IMG/VR virus record: IMGVR_UViG_3300017700_000626
Location: 1-38,508 of that record
Source of the DNA: a virus
Lineage: Duplodnaviria > Caudoviricetes
DNA length: 38,508 nt
Strand: one strand, 5' to 3'
This document shows positions 23,715 to 31,279 of the stretch, one piece after another. Position 1 is the first letter of the stretch. Each line of letters begins with the position of its first letter. The notes under the pieces were generated by a model that searched no databases, had not been told where the DNA came from, and was given only the letters and a program-made list of their open reading frames with translations. The position numbers and the translations under genes are program-made.

Positions 23715-24640
23715 GCGCGCATCTTCGGGCGGTCAAGGTCATGGCAGAGCGCGTAATGGCTCTCGCACTGATTCGTGTCGTTCCAGACAGGGAGGCAGCA
23801 CGAATGAATCTGGCCGCGCGGGCCGTAGGGATAATTGCACTCACCCCGCTCACGCGTCAGCCACGGACGCGCGGTTAGCGGGATGACGTTGGAATCCTCT
23901 TTCGGACCAGCTTTCGGTCGCGGCTTCATCGTCGTGCCTGCTCTGGCCTTCGCTGCGGCGGCTACGGTATCATAAGTTCGATCCGCCGCCTTCCGAACCT
24001 TCGGAACGCCCTTGGGAGGCAGGCCCATGCGTTTGGCTTTGGAGCCAACCTGGCCCTCGCTGCGTCCGATCTGCTGACCGATCAGGAAGCACGACAGACC
24101 GGAGGGCCAAAGCCGCTTCAATTCCGCTTCCTCGTCCTCGCTCCAGGTCTTCAGATTGACGGGCTGAACGGGGCTAAGGCTTCCAATGTCGTACTTGCGA
24201 CGGATGCGGGCAACCCATGATTGGTTTCGGCCAAGGACGGCTCCAATCTGAACGTCTGTCTTGCCGTCATCCTTCAGAGAGCGGACCTGTTCGGCCAGCT
24301 CTGATTCGACGGGTCCAGCACGGCGCACGGGAGCCCTTCGTTCTTTAGGGCCGTGGACCGCCAACATTTTCTTGATGGCTGCGAGCGGACGGCCCAGCGC
24401 CTTCTGAACCTCTGAAATGTGAACGCCCTTTGTCCACATGGATAGAAGCGTATTTACTTCCTGTTCGTCGTGTTCCGCCTTCGGACGCCCCGTCATCTTG
24501 ACCAGAAGGCCCGCCCGGATTGCCTCGGTAGCCCATCCGTCTACCGTCTGATGGCTGACGCCAAACTCAACGCCAATCTCTTTATGGGCCTTTCCCGCTT
24601 TCTTCATTTCGATGAAGCGGGGGTTTTCAAAGCGTCTCAT
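23711..24640 (-). CDS. GcrA-like regulator with additional N-terminal HTH repeats
   Basis: 'WSEDEEAELKRLWPSGLS..IG..IG.S..QV.SKAKRMGL' plus 'CNYPYG..CC..C..H' C-domain. ATGA start at 24640 with GGGAGAG RBS. Confidence 0.75.
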   Translation of the reverse strand: MRRFENPRFIEMKKAGKAHKEIGVEFGVSHQTVDGWATEAIRAGLLVKMTGRPKAEHDEQEVNTLLSMWTKGVHISEVQKALGRPLAAIKKMLAVHGPKERRAPVRRAGPVESELAEQVRSLKDDGKTDVQIGAVLGRNQSWVARIRRKYDIGSLSPVQPVNLKTWSEDEEAELKRLWPSGLSCFLIGQQIGRSEGQVGSKAKRMGLPPKGVPKVRKAADRTYDTVAAAAKARAGTTMKPRPKAGPKEDSNVIPLTARPWLTRERGECNYPYGPRGQIHSCCLPVWNDTNQCESHYALCHDLDRPKMRA

Positions 24641-25017
24641 GGTCTCTCTCCCTTTTTCGGCCAAGGCCGTGATTGCAGTTTCTGGCCTTTGGGCCATTCG
24701 TTGCGAGACTGGATAAGTCCATGTCCGCGCTTTTGTCGTTTGGCCCATTGTCCGGTTTCACCGCCTTGGGCTTTCGCTTTGGCAATGACGGTTACGTCAC
24801 CGCCCGTCTTTTGCTCACGGTGGCAGGACTTGTGAACGGTGGTCAGGTTGGAGTCGTCATCGTTGAATGTCAGCGCCCAAGCCTGAATGTGGTCGATCTC
24901 ATACGGCTCCCCGGCCTGAATCTTGGACTTGCACAGCGAGCATATTCCGCCGTCTCTGGCGAATAGACGCGCACGGCGAGCCGCAGACATTGACGGACGC
25001 GGAGGGGCTTTGGTCAT
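24637..25017 (-). CDS. HNH endonuclease (Zn-binding, NinG-like position)
   Basis: 'CSLC...IDHI...NDDDSNL..H..CH..KT'. Confidence 0.8.
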   Translation of the reverse strand: MTKAPPRPSMSAARRARLFARDGGICSLCKSKIQAGEPYEIDHIQAWALTFNDDDSNLTTVHKSCHREQKTGGDVTVIAKAKAQGGETGQWAKRQKRGHGLIQSRNEWPKGQKLQSRPWPKKGERP

Positions 25018-25745
25018 GTGGCATAATCCGCCAGGATAGCCCGTCCGATCAGTTCAGGAATCTGAGGCACTACGGCGTTTCCGAGGGCCTTAAGGCGGTG
25101 TGATTGTGCGGGAACCCCATTAGCTGTTCGCTGAATGGCGGGTTGATCTTCCCACCAAGAACGGCGGCGAGCGTCGGTGTATTCCTGGTGTATTCTGCGG
25201 GATAGGCTCCCTCCTTCGCGTTGTGGGCTGTGGGGGTAGGCAACAATCCAGACACGGTCTCGCTCGTGGGGCGCGCCAAGGTTTCCAGCCGGTATGCCGT
25301 GCCATTCCGCATCATACCCGAGCGCGGCCAGGTCTCCGAGAACGCGCCGGAACCATCCTCCGGGGTCGCTAGCAGGGCCACTAAGCAGGTTTGCGACGTT
25401 TTCCATGACTGCGTAATGGGGTCGTAGTTCGCCAATAAGGCGGGCGATTTCCGACCATAGACCCGAGCGGGTTCCGTCCATTCCCGCCAGCCTGCCGGAG
25501 ACAGACAAATCCTGGCAGGGAAACCCTCCGCAGATGAGGTTAGGGGCGAGACCGTCCGCATGGATTCTGGCGGCGGTGAGCGTTCGCACGTCGTCATAGG
25601 AAACAACATCAGGCCATCTTTCTGCCAGAACTTTTCGAGGATAGGGTTCGATTTCGCAGTGCGCGACGGTTTGAATTCCAGCCCGCTCAAAGCCCAAGGT
25701 AAATCCGCCAATACCGGCGAAAAGGTCGAGAGATTTAAGAGTCAT
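25014..25745 (-). CDS. C5-cytosine DNA methyltransferase, alpha polypeptide (lacks motif IX)
   Basis: DLFAGIGG (I), GGFPCQDLS (IV), ENV (VI), HERDRVW (VIII) and ALGNAV (X); only 243 aa. Confidence 0.9.
   Translation of the reverse strand: MTLKSLDLFAGIGGFTLGFERAGIQTVAHCEIEPYPRKVLAERWPDVVSYDDVRTLTAARIHADGLAPNLICGGFPCQDLSVSGRLAGMDGTRSGLWSEIARLIGELRPHYAVMENVANLLSGPASDPGGWFRRVLGDLAALGYDAEWHGIPAGNLGAPHERDRVWIVAYPHSPQREGGSLSRRIHQEYTDARRRSWWEDQPAIQRTANGVPAQSHRLKALGNAVVPQIPELIGRAILADYAT
25070..25609 (-). CDS. C5-methyltransferase beta polypeptide in overlapping frame
   Basis: The alternate frame carries 'LLPTP...KINPPFSEQLMGFP..HT' (motif IX-like). Start uncertain (25609, 25597 or 25711). Confidence 0.7.
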   Translation of the reverse strand: MLFPMTTCERSPPPESMRTVSPLTSSAEGFPARICLSPAGWREWTEPARVYGRKSPALLANYDPITQSWKTSQTCLVALLATPEDGSGAFSETWPRSGMMRNGTAYRLETLARPTSETVSGLLPTPTAHNAKEGAYPAEYTRNTPTLAAVLGGKINPPFSEQLMGFPHNHTALRPSETP

Positions 25746-26056
25746 GTTTCGTAAATCTCTATGCCGTGAATCGCCCTCATCAGCTTTTTCTTGAGGTTAT
25801 AAACGGGCGTCTTCATGCCCTTAACGTCCTCGACGATTCGGTTATTGGCGGCGTCCTGATAGGTAAAATCCGCCTTGTAGGTGCAAATCAGGAGGTTGTT
25901 CACGACCAGGCGGAACGCAGGCTGCAACTCCAGTGCGGTGATTTGAGCTGCCCGCTCCAGCAATTTAAGCTCCCCGTACCGTCTGGCTTCGGCGGCGCTG
26001 TCAAAGGTAACGCCGTCAACCACGGTCTTTCGGTTGCGGTATTTTGGGGCCTTCAA
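25742..26056 (-). CDS. DUF1064-family PD-(D/E)xK nuclease
   Basis: 'KYRNRK.VVDG.TFDS..EA.RY...Y.ADF.Y...VEDVKG'. Confidence 0.85.
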   Translation of the reverse strand: MKAPKYRNRKTVVDGVTFDSAAEARRYGELKLLERAAQITALELQPAFRLVVNNLLICTYKADFTYQDAANNRIVEDVKGMKTPVYNLKKKLMRAIHGIEIYET

Positions 26057-26262
26057 AACATAGCCTCCGGGCGCTTGATAATCGAACCCGCCAAGTCCTC
26101 ATCATCCGTAGCGATATGATCCCAAAGCCATTTGTCCAGCGTTGAGGATGGGATGATGTTCAGGGCTGAGGCGGCTTCCTTCATTCCATATCCGCGCCGC
26201 ATCATCTGGCGAGCGGCCAGAACGAGAGCGGCGGGCGTTCGGTCGAAGTAAGAGGGAATCAT
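26053..26262 (-). CDS. Small HTH-like protein
   Basis: Start MIPSY (ATGA-coupled); 'GYGMKEAASALNI..STLDKW'. Confidence 0.55.
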   Translation of the reverse strand: MIPSYFDRTPAALVLAARQMMRRGYGMKEAASALNIIPSSTLDKWLWDHIATDDEDLAGSIIKRPEAMF

Positions 26263-26528
26263 GAGCGGCCTAGCTCGATTTTGATTTCCTCGTTCGTCAG
26301 AGCGCGAAGGGCGGCGTCGATGTGGCTGACCTTCTTTTTCTGTTTCTTCGCTATCGCCCGCATAGCCTTCAGGCTGCACCTTTCCCTCGCAATAGCTGAA
26401 AGCCTTTCGGTCTTGGCTTTGTGAGCGGAGAAAAACCGATCCTCAGCCCAATCAGGGTCAGAAACCAAAGCGCTCGGAACGATCCAGCCGAAGTGACGGC
26501 CAATCCATTTGATGAATCGATTGATCAT
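26259..26528 (-). CDS. Hypothetical protein
   Basis: Coupled ORF with GGAGG RBS. Confidence 0.6.
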   Translation of the reverse strand: MINRFIKWIGRHFGWIVPSALVSDPDWAEDRFFSAHKAKTERLSAIARERCSLKAMRAIAKKQKKKVSHIDAALRALTNEEIKIELGRS

Positions 26529-26758
26529 TTGCTATCCTCCATAGCCGCTTTCAAAAGCGTGGACGCCGAAACCCCATAGGCCGCTGAGAGCGCAGCCAAG
26601 GTCGCGGTCGTCGGGTTGGTGTTTTTGCCTTCCTCCAAAACCCAGAGGTTAGGCACGGAAACTCCGTCCATCAGCTTGACGGCTTGGCGAAGGGATAGGC
26701 CCTTAGCGGCGCGTTTGGCCTTGAGAATGGAGCCTAGTCGGTTTGGTTTGGTTTCCAT
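26525..26758 (-). CDS. XRE-family HTH regulator (Cro-like), leaderless
   Basis: 'LKAKRAAKGLSLRQ...LEEGKNTNPT..TL..LS.AYGV'. TATGGT lies 6 nt before ATG 26758; no peptidase domain. Confidence 0.85.
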   Translation of the reverse strand: METKPNRLGSILKAKRAAKGLSLRQAVKLMDGVSVPNLWVLEEGKNTNPTTATLAALSAAYGVSASTLLKAAMEDSK

Positions 26759-26860
26759 TCGTGAACCATAGACCGAACGCTTTTGTCTAATCAAGTGCAA
26801 AATAAATGTTGACGCCAATCCGTGACGGGTGTTTATGGAGGGTAACAAAGGGAGAGACGA
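26759..26860. promoter_or_regulatory. Divergent early promoter region
   Basis: AT-rich gap between the two arms. Leftward TTGATT-18-TATGGT; rightward TTGACG at 26809-26814. Confidence 0.6.
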
Positions 26861-26861
26861 C

Positions 26862-27086
26862 GTGACCTACGAACAAAGCATGATGAACGCGGGCCAGCGC
26901 TATTTTGCAGAGCCGGTTGTGTTTGCGGTTCGCCAAAGCCTCGGTCTGATTTATGCGGTCGAGTACGGCCCTGCCGACGACTGCAACGAGCGGGAAGAAA
27001 ACGAACATGGCCCGTTCATGGATTTGGCCGACGCGTATGAGCAGTGCGGCAAGCCGACTGTTTGGATTGTGGAGTTTTCGGCATGA
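26862..27086 (+). CDS. Hypothetical early protein
   Basis: GTG start after a GGGAGAG RBS. Confidence 0.6.
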   Translation: MTYEQSMMNAGQRYFAEPVVFAVRQSLGLIYAVEYGPADDCNEREENEHGPFMDLADAYEQCGKPTVWIVEFSA

Positions 27087-27331
27087 CCGACCCGACCAGC
27101 GTTTACCCCGGCGAGTGCGACAAGTGCCGCTGCACGGTGCGAGATAACGAGCGCAGCTTGTTCCCTTGGGGCCGTCTGTCTGTCTGCGCAGACTGTTACG
27201 ACGATTTGGCTCAGGAAGCCGAGGACGAAGCCCGCCAAGAGGCAGAGGAAGCCTTGTCAGGCCATGACCGTGATAGCTGGTTCCGATTCGCGGCTGACAT
27301 TGCCCTCGCTCCGTTCAATGGGAGGGCGTGA
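27083..27331 (+). CDS. Small Zn-finger protein
   Basis: CDKC...CADC with an acidic tail; ATGA-coupled. Confidence 0.6.
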   Translation: MTDPTSVYPGECDKCRCTVRDNERSLFPWGRLSVCADCYDDLAQEAEDEARQEAEEALSGHDRDSWFRFAADIALAPFNGRA

Positions 27332-27513
27332 TGGACCCGAAAGAGGCTTACATCGAAGAATACGAACGCCTTGTCGGTGAATACATCGACGCAGGCATGA
27401 CGGAAGCCGAGGCCGAACGAAAGGCTGACGGCGAAGCATACGGAGCCATGACGGATCGGTACGCGGATATGGTGGACCAGGCTCGTGATGCAGCCAAATA
27501 TGAGGACTTCTGA
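27328..27513 (+). CDS. Small acidic hypothetical protein
   Basis: Coupled ORF with GGGAGG RBS. Confidence 0.6.
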   Translation: MMDPKEAYIEEYERLVGEYIDAGMTEAEAERKADGEAYGAMTDRYADMVDQARDAAKYEDF

Positions 27514-27770
27514 TGGCCGACGTAAAGTGGACACTTGAGATTGGCGAGCCGGACCACCTCGACGGCATCAGGTCGGGATTCACCATCAGCAGGGGCGAAT
27601 ATTCGCCGGTGGCTTATGCCTTTGAGGGATCAGAGGCCCGCTTGATCGCTGCGGCTCCCGACCTTCTGGCTGCGTTGGAACACGTCATGGACGCTTACGC
27701 GGCAAGGATTCATCCTCTGACCGGCGGAAACATGGCTTACGCCGCTATTGCGAAGGCCACAGGCCAATGA
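27513..27770 (+). CDS. 'ARLIAAAPDLL' family phage protein
   Basis: Shares its C-terminal module with 19974-20306. Confidence 0.7.
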   Translation: MADVKWTLEIGEPDHLDGIRSGFTISRGEYSPVAYAFEGSEARLIAAAPDLLAALEHVMDAYAARIHPLTGGNMAYAAIAKATGQ

Positions 27771-28300
27771 TGGAAATAGACGCCATCCGAAAGCGGATGA
27801 CTGACGCCGAACGAGCGGCGCGCTTTTGGTCGAACGTGAACAAAGCAGCAGGGGATGATTGCTGGCTGTGGGGTGGGGCAGTCGGAAAAAGGGACGGATA
27901 TGGTCGTTTTACGTGGGTCATCGACGGAAAGCACAAAAGCGTTCAGGCGCACCGCTTGGCGTTTTACCTTCACAACGGCTCTTGGGGAAACCCGGTGACG
28001 ATGCATGGGTGCGACGTTCGCCCTTGTTGCAACCCCCAACACCTAGAGGCGGGCTCTCACAGACAAAACATCCTAGACGCTCATGCGCGTAATCGGCGCG
28101 GCGTGATCGACCTTCGAGGCGAGAAAAACCCGCGCTCGAAACTTACGGAAAACGACGTGTTGATGGCCCGCCGTAGAAACGAAGCGGGAGAAACCATTTT
28201 GTCTATCGCTAAAGGTTTTGGGGTAAGTCCAAGCGCTGTTCGGTCCTCTATCAAAGGACGTAGCTGGGCGCATTTAGGGGGAGGGCCCGATGCTTCCTAG
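27767..28300 (+). CDS. HNH endonuclease with C-terminal HTH
   Basis: 'RFWS.V..CWLW..GYG..AHR..HGCDVRPCCNPQHL..N', then 'GEKNPRSKLTE'. Confidence 0.9.
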   Translation: MMEIDAIRKRMTDAERAARFWSNVNKAAGDDCWLWGGAVGKRDGYGRFTWVIDGKHKSVQAHRLAFYLHNGSWGNPVTMHGCDVRPCCNPQHLEAGSHRQNILDAHARNRRGVIDLRGEKNPRSKLTENDVLMARRRNEAGETILSIAKGFGVSPSAVRSSIKGRSWAHLGGGPDAS

Positions 28301-28484
28301 CGAAACGATAAAAACGGCCCAAGAGCGCGGGTCCGTCCTATCTTTCGAGATGAGCATGAGTACGCTTCTATTCGCCATCGGCTCCATAGAGCGCATCAAG
28401 GCGCTTGAGCCGGAACAGCAGACGCGTGTTCGTCAGGCAACGATTAGGCTCAGCAATTTTGAGCGGAGGATGAGCCGTGCTTGA
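28290..28484 (+). CDS. Hypothetical protein
   Basis: Coupled ORF with GGAGG RBS. Confidence 0.5.
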   Translation: MLPSETIKTAQERGSVLSFEMSMSTLLFAIGSIERIKALEPEQQTRVRQATIRLSNFERRMSRA

Positions 28485-28716
28485 ACCCAAAGAGATTTTG
28501 TACGGTGAGCGCTACGGCGATAACAGCGGCTATGAGTGGTCGGTCAAGCTGGACGCGGACACCTATTCGACGGCTCGCGTGGTCATTACGGGGGCTGGTG
28601 GTGATGTTGACCTTGACCCGTGTAGCGTTTCGATCCGCAAGGTTGCGAAGGCGCTGGACCTGATCGCTGACCTTTTGGGAGAAGACAAGTTAACGGACCC
28701 CCGCTCCAATGCCTGA
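28477..28716 (+). CDS. Hypothetical protein
   Basis: Coupled ORF with GGAGG RBS. Confidence 0.55.
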   Translation: MLEPKEILYGERYGDNSGYEWSVKLDADTYSTARVVITGAGGDVDLDPCSVSIRKVAKALDLIADLLGEDKLTDPRSNA

Positions 28717-28939
28717 CCAACCCCTAGCCATATACCGAGACGGCCAACTCTGGATCAACGACGGAGGCGCATTTGAGCCCGTTGAGCGCTGGAGGTTGGT
28801 TCTTTGGCGCGAACACTTCCTTGAAAAGGCAGCGGAAGCCACAACGCCAAATCCGCTATCCGCCCGCTATGCTGCTGAACTTCAAGCAGCTTTAACCGAT
28901 TACGAACAGGCCAATAAGGGCCAAGAGGAGAAGGCGTGA
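28709..28939 (+). CDS. Hypothetical protein
   Basis: Coupled ORF. Confidence 0.55.
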   Translation: MPDQPLAIYRDGQLWINDGGAFEPVERWRLVLWREHFLEKAAEATTPNPLSARYAAELQAALTDYEQANKGQEEKA

Positions 28940-29556
28940 GAAGCAGCGAAACACTAGGCAAGATTGCCCCGGCGCTGGTCAAGGCGCTTAACGAGATTGG
29001 AGGTGTGGGTAAGGCTGCGGCTAACCCGTTCTTCAAATCCAAATACGCCACGCTGGAAAACGTCATTGACGCCAGTAAGCCGATCTTGGCCGCTCACGGA
29101 ATCGCGCTGATCCAGTTTCCGGGGGCCTACAATCAAGGCGCAATGTCGCTTGAGACCGTGCTTCTGCATGAGTCCGGCGAGTGGGTGACGGGTTCGGAGG
29201 CGTTTGGCGTGGCTACTGCGAAGGCTGACCCGCAAGCTGTGGGTTCGGCTCTGACCTATGCGCGTCGTTATGCTCAAATGGCGGTGCTGAACATGCCTGC
29301 CGTCGATGATGACGGCGAAAGCGCGATGCCGAGGAAGGTGACTAAGGTGCAAGAGCCTGTCGCGCCTGAGACGCCCGCTAAACCGCTTACGCTGGCAGAA
29401 CGCGCAGACCGTTTTGATGACGTGCTACGGAACACCAAGCCTGCCGATCTGGAGAAGGCGTGGGCCAAGGGTTCCGAGCTTTGCGCGCAACTAGATACTG
29501 CCATGCCGGAACGGCTGGTTGAACTTGAAGAACTTTATAAAGGATTGACGGCGTGA
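28936..29556 (+). CDS. erf: ERF-family single-strand annealing protein
   Basis: 'NPFFKSKYATLE', 'LLHESGEW' and 'PQAVGSALTYARRY'. Confidence 0.9.
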   Translation: MRSSETLGKIAPALVKALNEIGGVGKAAANPFFKSKYATLENVIDASKPILAAHGIALIQFPGAYNQGAMSLETVLLHESGEWVTGSEAFGVATAKADPQAVGSALTYARRYAQMAVLNMPAVDDDGESAMPRKVTKVQEPVAPETPAKPLTLAERADRFDDVLRNTKPADLEKAWAKGSELCAQLDTAMPERLVELEELYKGLTA

Positions 29557-29966
29557 AGAACATTACGATTGCAGGGCGCATCACTAAGGACGCGGAGAAC
29601 CGCACGGCTGGCTCCGATAACGTCACCGGGTTCTCTGTCGCGGTAGATGACCGGCAGGGCAAAGAGAAAAGCACGATCTTTTTCGACTGCTCCATGTGGG
29701 GCAAGCGGGGCGAGTCCCTGTCTCAGTATCTCACCAAGGGGTCATCCGTTACGGTGTCGGGCGACCTTGGCAAGCGTGAGCATGACGGCAAGACCTATCT
29801 GACTGTCCGGGTTGCCGACGTGACATTGCAGGGCGGGAAGCCTGCCGAGACGGGCGGCGGTGGAGAATCGTTTAGCGGGCAAGCCCGGAAGTCTCGCGCC
29901 AAGGAATCCTACGACTTGAACGACGATATTCCGTTTGTCCGCATGGCTGGCGATTATGAGTGCTGA
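29553..29966 (+). CDS. ssb: Single-stranded DNA-binding protein
   Basis: OB-fold 'IAGRITKDAE..FSVAV..YLTKGS.V.VSG' and acidic 'DDIPF' tail. Confidence 0.92.
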   Translation: MKNITIAGRITKDAENRTAGSDNVTGFSVAVDDRQGKEKSTIFFDCSMWGKRGESLSQYLTKGSSVTVSGDLGKREHDGKTYLTVRVADVTLQGGKPAETGGGGESFSGQARKSRAKESYDLNDDIPFVRMAGDYEC

Positions 29967-30462
29967 TCTAAAGGCGAGAGGGCGCGAGACGGCGGCTCTG
30001 TGGCAAGCCGTCCGCGTTATCGCTGGCGAGGATGACGACGAAACCGTTATCGACACGGTGGACGGCGAGGGAGACGCAATCCAGGGCCTCCGCTATGCCG
30101 TTAGGATGGCGATTGAGTGCGAGGCCAACGCAGAGTCGGTCAAGGCGCTGGAGGCTTCCTATCGGGACCGGCGCAAGACGTTGGAGGGGCGGGCGGAACG
30201 CTATAGGCAATCCGCCGCCTCGTTCTTGCAGGAGGTCGGTGAGAAAAGCCTTCGCCTGCCGGAAGCGACTATTTCATGGCGTCACACAGGTCCGCAAATC
30301 GTGGGGGAGATACCGCCAGCGGCTGACCTGCCTGACCACTGCGTGAAGTTTCAGCGGGTGAAGCATGAGCCGTCTATCAAGAGCGCTCTAGAGGCTGGGG
30401 AGCGCATTGGCGACCTGTCGCTTTCTAACGGTGGTGTCGGACTGACGGTAAGGCGCGTGTGA
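29956..30462 (+). CDS. Siphovirus Gp157/Gam-like coiled-coil protein
   Basis: 'IDTVDGE', a coiled coil, and 'IKSALEAGERI....L'; start MSADLK. Confidence 0.7.
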   Translation: MSADLKARGRETAALWQAVRVIAGEDDDETVIDTVDGEGDAIQGLRYAVRMAIECEANAESVKALEASYRDRRKTLEGRAERYRQSAASFLQEVGEKSLRLPEATISWRHTGPQIVGEIPPAADLPDHCVKFQRVKHEPSIKSALEAGERIGDLSLSNGGVGLTVRRV

Positions 30463-30788
30463 TGCTCGTTTCAGATGACGATATGCACCACGTCCTAGAG
30501 GTTCTTGGCGATGAGTCGGGAGCCGCGCACAGGGCTGCGCACGAATATCTGGACGCCCTGACCAAGACGGTTCTTGCCGAGCTTATGGGTGAGAGCGATG
30601 CGAAGTCAGCGACGGAGCGGGAACAATGGGCCAGGGCGCAGCCGAGGTTCAAAGAGCATCTAGCCAAGGTCGGTCAAGCCGCGAAACACGATTACCAATG
30701 GCGTCAGCGTTATTCTGCTGCTAATAGCAAACTTGAATGTTGGCGAACCGCTAACGCCAATATCAGAGCGGCAGAAAGGCTCCGGTAA
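30459..30788 (+). CDS. Helical recombination-module protein (UvsY-like)
   Basis: 'S..ERE..A....F...L...WRT' helical pattern adjacent to ERF/SSB. Confidence 0.5.
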   Translation: MMLVSDDDMHHVLEVLGDESGAAHRAAHEYLDALTKTVLAELMGESDAKSATEREQWARAQPRFKEHLAKVGQAAKHDYQWRQRYSAANSKLECWRTANANIRAAERLR

Positions 30789-31279
30789 TGTCTATAAGCG
30801 CCACGCCTCAAGAGAGGTTTGATCGAACGTATGAGCCTGACCCTAATAGCGGGTGTTGGCTCTGGGCGGGCGTTATTTTGGATAACGGGTACGGCCAAAT
30901 CCGTGTGGACAACAAAAAGTGGCTGGCTCACCGCCTGTCTTGGTCGCTCAACAAGGGTGAAATCCCTGGAGGCGCTCTGGTGCTTCATCGGTGTGATGTG
31001 CGGGCGTGTGTGAACCCGGACCACCTATTTACCGGAACGCATCAGGACAACATAAACGACTGCATTGCTAAGGGTCGGTATCCGAACAAGGGTGGCGATA
31101 CGGCTCCTTATCGTAAGCTGACCGGCGATGGTGTGTTGGCGATCCGCGAAGCGATGGATCGCGGAGAGACGCAGGCGGCGATAGCGGAAAGGTACGGAAT
31201 ATCTCGGCAGAATGTGTCGGCTATCAAGCGCGGAAAAAGCTGGAACGCCAACAATCGGGCTGCGGAGCGGGTGCGATGA
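30788..31279 (+). CDS. HNH endonuclease with C-terminal HTH
   Basis: 'GCWLW..GYG..AHRLSW..HRCDVRACVNPDHL..N'. Confidence 0.9.
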   Translation: MSISATPQERFDRTYEPDPNSGCWLWAGVILDNGYGQIRVDNKKWLAHRLSWSLNKGEIPGGALVLHRCDVRACVNPDHLFTGTHQDNINDCIAKGRYPNKGGDTAPYRKLTGDGVLAIREAMDRGETQAAIAERYGISRQNVSAIKRGKSWNANNRAAERVR

